This document shows positions 53,700-64,000 of a DNA stretch of 64,000 nt, piece by piece (the stretch's first letter is position 1; every line of letters starts with the position of its first letter). The position numbers and the translations under genes are program-made. This DNA is from Yuukianura sp. NJ FZ-2021 (Eukaryota). Location of the stretch: positions 8,370,001 to 8,434,000 of the forward strand of contig CM102285.1 of NCBI GenBank assembly GCA_046563655.1, in the 5' to 3' direction. The notes beneath the pieces were generated by a model. The model saw only the letters and a program-made list of their open reading frames with translations. It was not told the origin of the DNA and made no database searches.

Positions 53700-56200
53700 T
53701 CTCACTCAGCCCTCGGAATGAGTCATGTTGCTTTTGAGGCACTCGTCCAGCAGAAGTCTTCACTTTTACCGGTAGGTGAAGCTATTTTCTGATGCTCTAA
53801 CACATAAATGAAGTGCTTTTATGTTATAGAGATTCAGGTTATTGCTTTAAGGATTAGGTGAGATTCAATTGAAGCCGACCACTCTTTAACACTCAGTTCG
53901 GTGAGCCGTTTATAGAAGCACTACTTACTATTCGTTCTGTTTTAGACTGCAGAAAAAGTTACGAACCAAAGATGCCATGAACGTCCGTCGTTCCGTGTCC
54001 GTCCGCATTCTGGATAGGACAAATAACTCTACTCTAATCCGAGGCTGAGTAGCCGGCGGATTGTAGGGTTTCATTCAATCAACTCCATACTCTGCGGCGC
54101 TTGGAAACTGAGGTGGTTAGGACGAATGTGTGGAATATGTGAGAAGCGGTAGCGACTGAGTCCTGGTTGCCCCTATTTACTGGTATGGCACAACAGACTC
54201 TGCCGGTTGCCGCTAAAATTTTAGAATATTTGTGGCCCTGCTGCAGGGAGTGCGATCCGTGTCCAGCAGTCAGTTCAGTTAGTTTAGTTTTAGTTTCAGT
54301 TTTCGTTTTGCTTTCATTGAGTTGCTTTTATGTATAAGGTGTAACAAAGCGCGATGTATACATGTACCTTCAAGAGACAACACATAAGTTAACCTTGCTA
54401 AGGTATCAATATTTGATTTAATTGGTAAATGATTCGAATACATCAGCTAAACTTACAACCAAATCGTTCAGTCCAACAGTTGTACTTGAGCCCATCAACC
54501 TCCTGATTTCTTCGTTACAACCTAAGCGACGGGTTCAGTCAGGGTTGCACTATACATCCAGAGACATCTCTTTGAAGTAACCCGTAAGCCATATCCGGGA
54601 TTTTCCGTTGGAGGTCGAAGTCGTTGGTAGAGAGGATGACTGTAAATGTGAAATGACTGCGCCGTCTAAAAGAAATCGTTTTGAAACTGCCAATCCCGCA
54701 GCAGCTTGGACCAGCTCAACTACACGTATAAAGTAATGGAAGACACAAACTAACCAGAAGCAAGCTGGAGCAAGTCATCGAGTCTTAAGTATTCCAAATC
54801 CGATAGCGTTCCATTATATATCGTTAAATCATCAGATGCTTCCTGCTGTCTGTTTGCGGTTACTCTGTGAGCTTGTTAATGTATACCTGTGTTATGGTCA
54901 TCACACTGGCTTCCGTCGACACTGACCGATCCACTGGTGCCAGACCACTCGGTTGACCTTGTGACCTCTGGTGGGATCAAACAGACCCAGCAAGTCTCCG
55001 CCCTCCTTCCAGAAGTTTCTGCTCCACTTCCAATGAATTGGAAAGGGACAGAAGTTTCTCGAAGGAACAGAAGGGCTGGCTAATAAATTAGCCATGTCTT
55101 CAACCCAAATTCTAACACCCGAACACAGAAGCATGTGTTAAAACAAAAGACAGGGCCAAGGGGACAAGCCTTCTGCTTGTCACCAGTCCCTCAACCCTGA
55201 TTCCTAAAAAAGAAATCACGGACTTTTACATGGGGTCAGTTGTGACTTTGGGTTCGAGCGCCTTCTTCCATTTCCACAACTTACTTTGGCAATTTGTGTG
55301 TTGGTAATTTGGCTATTGGTGACTAATATTGAGAAGGGATCAAAACTAAAACTATTGAAGTAAAGGTGTTACAGTTCCAGCATTCAGCTACGGCTCTTAC
55401 AGTTTATTCATTAGTAGTTACCGGGTTAGGGCTCCCGTCAGCCATTCCAACGGTGAGTCAGAAGCGACTAATTGACGGGAAGGGTAGTAGAGTGACGAAC
55501 AGAGTTGAGTCCAGTGACAGTGGTACAGAATTGGTTAGTGGGACGTGAGGCTCAGAGGACTCGGGGAGAGAAACGGTGGCTAAGGTTGACAGGAAGACGG
55601 TGTACACCACTTGTGACCGTGAGGGTGAGAACAATTGATAACCAGATCAGTATCAGGTAAGCGACTTACCATTTATTAGTTCCTATTTTTTTCTTGTCTT
55701 ATTCACTTTCATTTCTATCTCTCACCTTTCTCAACATTGAGACGACTGAAGGGTTCACCTTTAGCAAATCGCTAGGAGTGGACTGCTCAACTAACAAACC
55801 GTTAGCTGAGCCGTCACTCACGCTCTTGACCCGTGGCTAACCGCACGGATCAGAGGTCATCGGATTTTACTATGAGGGGAGATCTATTTCAAGGCACAGG
55901 AGATGCCTACTTGGGGTGATTCTGATCACCTAGGTAGGTGGGTTCTAATTTGACCGATCAGGTCAAATAGAACCCACGGTGGGGCACCTTCGGGTGGGAC
56001 TACCATGGGAAAGAGGTGTTAGTAGCGTATCACCTGTAGCACGGCTAGAAAACGGATGTGAAGCTATTTCGAGAACTCCTAACCGACCGGATGAAGGTTA
56101 GAAAATGCAGATTGAACTTCATCTTTACAACATCGGCAATATCTTGCATGGTGCGAAACTTTTTGGAATAAAAGGTTTTAATAAATTACAAGGAACAAGT
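53700..56200 (+). ncRNA. Candidate spliced, highly structured long non-coding RNA (family unassigned, ends approximate)
   Basis: No credible ORF. Short GT-AG introns 53772-829 and 53858-945, AATAAA at 56167 and 56180, more than 10 stem-loops with plus-strand G-U pairs and a C(UUCG)G loop. Confidence 0.55.
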
Positions 56201-57705
56201 TTTTTTCTCTATAATAACGTCACCTATCTTGAACTCTCGAAGGTCAGAGATCATGGAAAAGTTCTAATTTAAAGATGTACGGCCGGGAACAGGCTCGCTC
56301 TCTTGTCTCTTTACTTTTGATGAAGGGTTTATTATTTAGGAATTGTGAAATTCTTTATCACGGATGAATTTCTAACATTGTAATTTGTAACAAATATTCC
56401 CTCATGATCATGAACCAGCCGCTCTTCCTATCTTCAGTGAAGATTCTGCATTTCTTGCAGCAACCATGCATTCAGTGCATTGCATTGTGGACTTCTTTTG
56501 AGTGAGAATGAGAAGATTGAGAGGTAGAATTATTCAACCCTTGTTGGTTGCCGGGAGATTCAGCGAAACTTTATGTTAGCTACATTGCATAACTGCTTAA
56601 TTTTGGCAAGGTTGCTTTTGTTGTAGTGTCAGTGCCTGTTTCCAATCCAAATCGATTAAACAATTTGTGGTAGATCAGCTGGGTGAAACTAAATTTTCGG
56701 TGAAGCGAACAGGTGAGTCTGTTATGTTAAACTGGTGGCATTGTGGCAATTGGTAAAGTCAAGAAAAGTTGAGCTGATCGCTGATGTCTTTTTACAACCT
56801 CAAAAATCACCTCTACAAAGGTTGTTCAGTTCAGTGAGACGATCATTTTGACATATCACCACCAGTGTTCCGTAAACAGCGATTTTTTAAAATAAGATTC
56901 TTTGCTTTTTGCTGTTTTTGCTTTTTATGCTTTAAAACCAAAAAGTTGCCGTAAATGCTGCTGGAAGGAATTCGGCCGAAATTTCTTGGACTTAACGTAG
57001 ACGTTAAAATAACCTTGTACTTGCGAATTAACGTAGCTAAATCTGGTTTATGATCATTTTACCTTAGAAAGTACCTTAGGAAACGTAGAATTTGTCTTAA
57101 AACAAGGTAAATAATTGGTCTTTCAAAAACAGCAAATTATTGAAACAGCAAAAATATTTTTGCTTTACCCGGAAATGAAATTTCGAATTTTTGGAAATTG
57201 GAAAATAAAGTTACATGCTAATTTTTTCAAAAAAATTTTTTATTCAGTTTACGTTTTTATTTGATTCTTGTCATAAAACACTGATGTTTCATTACCATTA
57301 GCACTAACGACGAAGGGCGACAAAAGAGTTGGGTAGGAAGTACGAACTACGGTGGACGTATTTTTCCCAAAATATCGAAAATTGCAGATTCCCCTACTAG
57401 TATATGACGCAGGTTAACTTTTTTCGTTTCAAAAAATTTCATCAAAATCAGAAAGAGAAGTATCGGACCGGACGACCGGAGTGGAGGTTGGTATTTTCCT
57501 ACTAACGGTAGCGCAACACCGTTGACCCTAGCAATTTGCCATATGTACGGTGTCCAAATGATCCCGTCTCGGAAAAGTCTAGGAATAAACATGGCGTCGA
57601 AATCTGAGCCATGCCCCGATTCCGAAACTTTACCCCCATCTCACCGCACTAACACTCACACTGAACAACTATGGTAGAGGTAAGTTTTCAGTTGTAAATG
57701 TTAGA

Positions 57706-60157
57706 ATGGCTATGGAGACAGCAACAGGTCAACTTTTCTGTACTTGCGAAAATCACCATTTCCTCATTCCTCTTAGTCTTCCTTCATTCTTTATCTCACC
57801 CAATCGTCTGACTTAAATTAATAATGTTTTGTTTCTGATATATTGCAACAATTGACAGAGAGAAGGGTGACGATGGATGCACAAGAGCAGCTTCCAACTC
57901 ATGTTCCGTCTGTCGTCGAGGTCGTGGAAGACAATGTAATTTTTCACACTTTATTTGACTTATTTGAACAACCAGGCTACAACTCCTACACTGATCCGGA
58001 GCTTTCAGTGTTTATTCAGAATTTTGTTGGTAACGTTAACGGCTGCTGTTGCATTATTATTGTACTCTACTGGGTGCTAAGTGAAATAACCATTTCTTTT
58101 CAGATCTTGATAGAGGAGGTCAGATCTGAGGAACTTCCGACTCCGAGTCAAAAAGCGACATCTCCGGCAAAGGTGGCGGCATCGCCGAGTTCTCCTGCCA
58201 AATCGTTACTACACGGCTTTAGCTCAAGGCAGGGAACCTATAAATTAGGGGATAAATTTATCCACTTACGAGATTTTCGAATTGTACTGAAACGGCTCGA
58301 CAAGGCTTTTGTATATGCAGCACTAGGGAAAGCGAATGGTCCTAAATCTAAACGTCGACGTACGCCAAGAAAGTCAGTTACTACTTCCTCCCAAGGAACA
58401 AAAGGAATCAAAGCAAGACCACAAAGACAAACCAGTAACACCGAAGTCTCAACTGGCAGCAACGATGTTGTCTCTCGAGGCATGGCACAACGACCTCGGT
58501 CTTTCAAGTAAGTTGCTGAAAAATTAATTACAACCAAACTATACAGTTGTAAACGTGTACGCAAGAAAGACATTTTGAATTCTAAGGTTATGAAATCTTG
58601 TTAGGCAAAGAAAATCAACACTTGAGGGAAGTCCAAGGAATATTGCAACTCAGTATCCTTTGGTTGACGCAGCAAAACAAGCTGGGACTACGGGTTCTCC
58701 CGGTGTGGAGTTAATCCGGAATAAGTCTCCGGGTATCTCATGTTCAACTCCGAACAACCGTCAGGACAGTATCAATAACCGGTAAAATAGTTGGCTTGTA
58801 TCATAACAGTTGTTTACACTGCTAACATTAAATATGATATTTTAGACCTTCGTTGGATCATGATGGTGCTTCCAGGCTCCTTCAGGCTTTAGGACTAAAA
58901 CGACGTGGGGTTGAGCTAGAAATCACTCCACCTCAATCGCAAGTCGAACTTACACCGCCTAATCCAGCGACGGGTATCGAGTTATTGGGCATGAACAAAC
59001 CAAACAAACCCTTGTCCGTCCCGGCTGTCGTAAACATTAGCGGCGGAAGAAAAAGAAGCAACGAATTCGCAGCTCAGAAAAATCTTGAGGTTGGTTCAAA
59101 TAAGCCGGTTCCACAGTTTACGTGTTACAGCTGCCTCAATGTGTTTAACAATCAATCCGACTTCAACTCCCATCGACGTCAGCACGTTGATGACAAATGT
59201 AAATGTGGAGATTGTGGCGAGGATATGGAAACTTACTGGCAACTCAAGCGTCATGTTCTGGAAAAGATCAAGGCTGGGAAAATGCATCTGAAGCCACCAA
59301 ACTATCCTCCTTTCGCCAATGGATCACCTCCAGTGGTGAGGAGACAGGTATTGAAGTCTCCTTCTAACGTTTTGAAACCTCAAAATCCTCCTCCGCCGCC
59401 TCCTCTGAAGCGTCGATCTGTACACACTGATTCAGCATGGTCTGGTCCGAGTGACATGAATTCAAAGCAAGAGCACCAAACGGCTTTCCCGATGACTAGC
59501 CCAGAAGACGTTTCGGATCCGTTGGAGTTGTACCCTCCGCACTTCATGCAGAGCTTTATGGAAATTGACAGTCCGAAAAAAGATGGCGAATCTCAGCAGA
59601 ATCCAAAGTCGACTGATCCATTAGCCACAAGCGCTTCTCAGTCCCGCCCAGTATCGTTGATGACTACTCAAACTGGATCTAAATCAAGCAGGTTATCTGG
59701 AGAGATCTTGATAATTGAAGAAAGAAGCGGGCCATTCGCTAGTGACTCCCCAGTTCGAGAAAAGCCGAGAGTTCCGACCCCGGTCGCGACATATAAGTTG
59801 CCATCAATCACGTCGGGTCCTGCTCTTCCAACGATTTCTGTTACGCAAAGCAAAAGTAGCCTCTATGGACTTCCAGGTTCTACTTCTCGTGCAACTGGAC
59901 GGTCACTGATGACTTTTTCACAGACTGGAAAACCACTGCCATCGCTGAATGACGTTAGTATCGTTAGTAAACCGAGCGTAATGGTACTCGGAGGAGACGG
60001 AGAGTACAGTACTTATGAGGAGCTTCTAGAACCTTTGGCAAAGATGAAAAACTTCGCGCTGGCGCAAAAGGACGGTTCCATCCTGTTTACTGTGCATGAG
60101 TTGGAGAAGCACATCATGACAACCATTTTGTCAGAAGGACGTGACGGAGGCTTATGA
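57706..60157 (+). CDS. C2H2 zinc-finger, low-complexity protein; probable exons 57706-727, 57859-935, 58104-507, 58605-781, 58846-60157 (5' structure uncertain)
   Basis: FTCYSCLNVFNNQSDFNSHRRQH finger, a second degenerate finger CGDC...LKRH, basic KSKRRRTPRK. The last three exons join in frame. Confidence 0.75.
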
Positions 60158-60648
60158 AATGCCGGTCATTGTGAAATATGGGTCAGAGCTACCGCAGAAT
60201 TGTTTCAGATTAATTGTAAGTTTTTAGGAATTCAGCAAACAGTAAGTCTTCAACCAATACTTTTATTCAATAAGATTCTTCCAATCCTGGCTTCCCATTT
60301 TGTACATACGTAACTAATTGTTAAAATTGTTAAATACTCATTGTTGATCTTCATCTTCTGTTACCCAACTTGAATGAATTAGTTACCAACTTACCAAATT
60401 AATTAGTTAAAGCTTATACAGTTCTACTTCCTACGATTAAAGCTTTGAGTTTGAGGTTGGCATGATCTTCCATTTCGTTAAAGCTTCGTTTCCACTTTTG
60501 TTGACCATACTACACTGTAGTAGCTAATTCAAATAGAAACTGACAGTCAGCATTTGTACATATTGCTTTATCCACTTAATTACTCAAAGTCCACTAACTA
60601 ATTTTAAGTTAATTCGTTAGTTAGTTAATGTTTAATATGAAATCGTTT

Positions 60649-61977
60649 TTACTCCCAGAAAGCAACAAAAGGCGTAGATAAGAAATCCTTGAGGAAAGGG
60701 CCGTAAGTATCCACTGGACTTCCGGTCCACGTTTGACCAACTTTGCACAAATTGAAGTACTGGTCATCCTCTGGATTAATTTCAAGTAAAATACTTTTAA
60801 GCTCTTCTGATTCAATTAGTCTCCAAGTTGGTTCATTTTGACGAATGTACTGCGTCTTGAGAAAAATCTTTTTAATATAATGGAGACCAAGAATTTTTTC
60901 CAGCAAGAGATTCACCAGTGCATTGTGCATGACGAGAGCCACTGTTTCTAAATTGGGGAAAATATTTCCGAAGTTTTCAATGATACTGCTGTCTATTTTT
61001 TCCATTCTACTATCCAGCACAAGTTCGCGTACGCGTGGGAGCACAATGTTTGGAGTATAGGACAAGACCATGTGATCTAGCCAGAGGGCTGAAAGTGCTG
61101 GCAATGACCCTAGGTCACCGAGATGTAGTTGACCGGGGTCATCACTCCGTTTTCCATTGTGAACACCATCAAGATACAGAATTCGAACGTGTGAACTTTT
61201 GGACAACAGATCGGCCAGTGACCCATGACGAAAAATGGTTCCAGTCAATTCCAAGTGGACAAGGGACTTTGACGGCAGAATTCGTACGTCCAGTTCGGCA
61301 TAACAGAAGAACACTACGAGTTTCCTGCAAGTGAAGGTTGGCGGAAGAGCTTTGAGGATGTCGTTGGTCCAGCGAAGCCTTGACTGGATTTCGCCATGAT
61401 CCGTGTCAAGTGAGAAGATGGTGCCGTCGTCTTTGCCATAAAAATCAAAATTTAGTGAAGAGGTGACGATTTGTTCAATTGGTGTCGGAGTGTCAAAGGG
61501 TATCCAGGAACTGAATACTTCTTTTCTATTGTAGTCACCAATTTCTGTATTGAGTCCAGTACGTAACTTGTATGATTTTAACTTTGGTAGATGGACTGAC
61601 GAGCGAAGCGTTGGGTTGACCTGGAATGACGCGGAGACTTCGTTGGGCGTGAATGTAAAGTCGACGTCAATCAGTTCCAAGGACTCCAAATTTGGACAGC
61701 GAAGAAGCGAGGTCATGAGGACCTCGGGGTCAATTTCAACAAACTTGAGATGAATTGACTTTCGAAGTTCGGGAGAAGGAATAGGAAGAAGTGGAGAAAG
61801 TTCTGCTTCATCCGTTCCAATTTGAATGTACTGAAATTTTGAAAATTAGCACACGATAATTTTTCCAAAACAGTATGCAAATACTTTAGCCTTTTTTTGA
61901 ATTACCTTTTCCTCTTTTTCATTTTCAAGTTGTGGTTTTGATGTTTTTTCTCTTAGGTCTAACGGCAGTGAGCACAT
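60649..61977 (-). CDS. Leucine-rich-repeat (RNI/FBD-like) protein; exons 61977-61906, 61830-60649
   Basis: CPNLESLEL, LPKLKSYKL, LVHLELTG, LPALSALWL, LPRVRELVL and FPNLETVAL repeats; phase-0 intron. Confidence 0.75.
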
Positions 61978-62373
61978 TGTCGAAAACTGACCTTACAACT
62001 TTCTCCTGCTTACGAGAAATTTCATGAAAAGAAATTGATGTGCGGTTAAAATAATCAGAAACCTTGGAATCTGTCACCTTTCACTTTATCAGATTTTCAA
62101 AAAGTTTTTTTTTTATGTTTTCAGGCTATGGCTTTATGTGTTTCTTCTGTATTTCGTGCACCGTTCGGGTGACATTCGGATTGGGACAAAAAAGCCGAGC
62201 CCGGTGCATCGTCCTCTTATGACAACGAATTTGGAAAAGCAAAAGCAATCTGATATACTATAAGGTTCCTAACTACTTTAGTACGTCTTGTTTTAGTTTT
62301 CTGAAACGTTTAATTTGTGACAGTGAAATTAACAAAAACAATTTGGTCAGTTCATTTCAGAAGCCAAAATTCA

Positions 62374-64000
62374 TCACAATGCTGTCGAAGGACGTACTGC
62401 TGCTGCTGTCATTTCCTCGGATCCAATCAAATAGCCATACAGCAACTGATTTGCTAGAGACCATTTGTCACTACTACTCATCGCTGAATCCAGTCGTTTC
62501 ATAAACTCTGCTCCATCCCTCAATACTTGATCTCGAGTTGAGGTTCGTAAAATTCCTTTTAGCTTTTCCCTTGCTTGCTGCGGGAAATCCGCTTCAGCTC
62601 CAGAACTTTCAAATGAATTGGTTTGGTTTCTATCTCGTTTAGGTTTTCCAAAGCTATCTGGTGCCTGAAATCGTTGCAGTCCACGCGGGCTGGAATATGG
62701 ACTACTGAATCGGTCATCAAGATCCACTCCGGGTGCTGCTACGCGGTGACGGGGAGGTGCGTACGAAGTAAAGGAAGAGTTGCTGACACTGGTTGAAATT
62801 CGACCATACGGAGCTGACCTCGGTGATTGTCTGGAATTCGTTCCAGCAGTTAGCCGTCGGTTATCAGTCAATTGACTTGCCTTCATTCGTAACACTTTAG
62901 GAAAGCGGCCGTATTTGAGCGTGAGGTCCCTCGCGAGGACCGGTTTGTTGAGGCTCGTGCCGGCAGAAGCTACGGTTACCGGTCGCCGGATTGTCCGCTG
63001 TTGTCTTTGCCAGAATTCATTATTCGGAAACCTCGTCGTCGGCTGAGTACGACTCTTCTTTTCATTAAGTGGCAGTTTGTCGTATGGGCTTAACTTCCTC
63101 TGCCGGCCTACTTTGCGTACTGGAGACAATATATTATTTTGAGATACGTCACGCGAGCGAGGAGATACACGGTTGGCTATGGAATTGGCACGCTGACGCT
63201 GCGCAGGCTCCGAGGGATTTGAACGTTCCTGGGTTATTACAGGCTTAGGATTTGAAGATGTTGGTCGTGAGCGTAATATACTTGGGCGTGGCGAAAAATT
63301 TTCGGGAGTACGACATAGATCATCGAAATTAAAATCATCTATTTCAGACTCGTCATCTTCTAGACAGTCATCCTCGTCCTATTTTTAAAATTAATCCAAA
63401 AGTTGCAATAATTGAGTTCGTTTAAATGCTTTAAACTTCATTACTTTGAAAGGGACGTCGATTTTCCTTGGAATTTCGTTGTTGTTTATTTCCATCCGGG
63501 CGACGACGGGTGATCCAGGAAGTTTTTCTCCAGCACCAGTTTTGATCACGCTTCCATTGAATTCGTCCAAGTCATCCCAGAACGTAACTCTTTTTACGCG
63601 CGGTGGTGGGCTCTGCGGTCGTATCAATTCGGTGTCATTATCGTCACCGACGATGGCATTTGGAAGATCGACGGTTTCAACTGGCCATGACTGCTGACAT
63701 GTTTCTGGAGGAGGTTCGTACTGGTCGTTTTTTTCTTCTTCACCTTCAACGGACTGCTGTAAAAAAGAAACGCATTCAAGAGCTTCTCGGAAATACTTGT
63801 CCAGAACATTGCCATTAGTTCAATTTCAACGGACAGTTTTACCTGGAGTTTCATCAGGGATTCCGTGTTGACCTGAATCATCTTGTGCTGCTTTTGATGA
63901 TCCGACAGCGATGAATCCGAGTGACACGGAACGACGTAATGGATCACTTTTCCATCTGGGGTATACATTTTCCTTGGACGAATCCTTGGTTGCCCCAACT
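62374..64000 (-). CDS. Uncharacterised low-complexity protein with PP1-docking-like motifs, 5'-partial; exons >64000-63843, 63756-63445, 63378-62374
   Basis: Three open exons joined by phase-0 GT-AG introns; contains KRVTFW, SILR and KGILR. Confidence 0.75.

Noticed and set aside
54519..56084. Telomerase RNA identity for the structured region (template-like AACCTAA at 54519 and CCTAACC at 56078)
   Set aside because: Such 7-mers are common in this window, one lies in a small apical loop and the other can pair locally. I could not identify a pseudoknot, P6.1, H/ACA boxes or a true Sm site. Not supported, although not formally excluded.
53946..56200. RNase P/MRP, SRP, 7SK, hammerhead ribozyme or known miRNA identity
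   Set aside because: Conserved core motifs (P4 CR-I/CR-V, CUGANGA...GAAA, recognisable mature miRNAs) were not found by eye.
56863..57283. Possible hAT-type MITE (CAGTGTT...AACACTG, with an internal TTTGCTGTTTTTG/CAAAAACAGCAAA inverted pair) or MALAT1-like triple helix
   Set aside because: Only a 7-bp terminal match with no 8-bp TSD, and the flanking stems needed for an ENE are absent.
1..64000. CRISPR arrays, tRNA, rRNA or prokaryotic operons
   Set aside because: None seen; the DNA is spliceosomal-intron-rich and eukaryotic.

Overview
Eukaryotic, AT-rich, intron-dense window. Introns of about 50-90 nt, scattered TTAGG motifs and the gene families present suggest an arthropod, possibly a springtail (inference). 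Genes read by eye, left to right: 3' part of METTL22 (+); a ~35 kb NCKAP5-like microtubule plus-end gene (-) with alternative first exons and a 5'-truncated CRE-like RLE retrotransposon in an intron; an orphan 80-aa secreted prepropeptide-like gene (+); ATP synthase subunit d (-); Endonuclease G (-); a U1 snRNA (+); a CRAL-TRIO/SEC14 gene with signal peptide, His6 and hydrophobic tail (-); an ammonium transporter Amt (+) with a MITE between two identical 92-bp repeats in intron 1; a C2H2 zinc-finger gene (+); an LRR/RNI-like gene (-); and a PP1-motif low-complexity gene (-) running off the end. The strongest unexplained signal is a ~2.5 kb stretch with no credible ORF (about 53.7-56.2 kb) that has splice and polyA signals and many G-U-containing stem-loops, including a C(UUCG)G tetraloop: a candidate large structured ncRNA. 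All exon models and base pairings were derived manually; no searches or folding programs were run.
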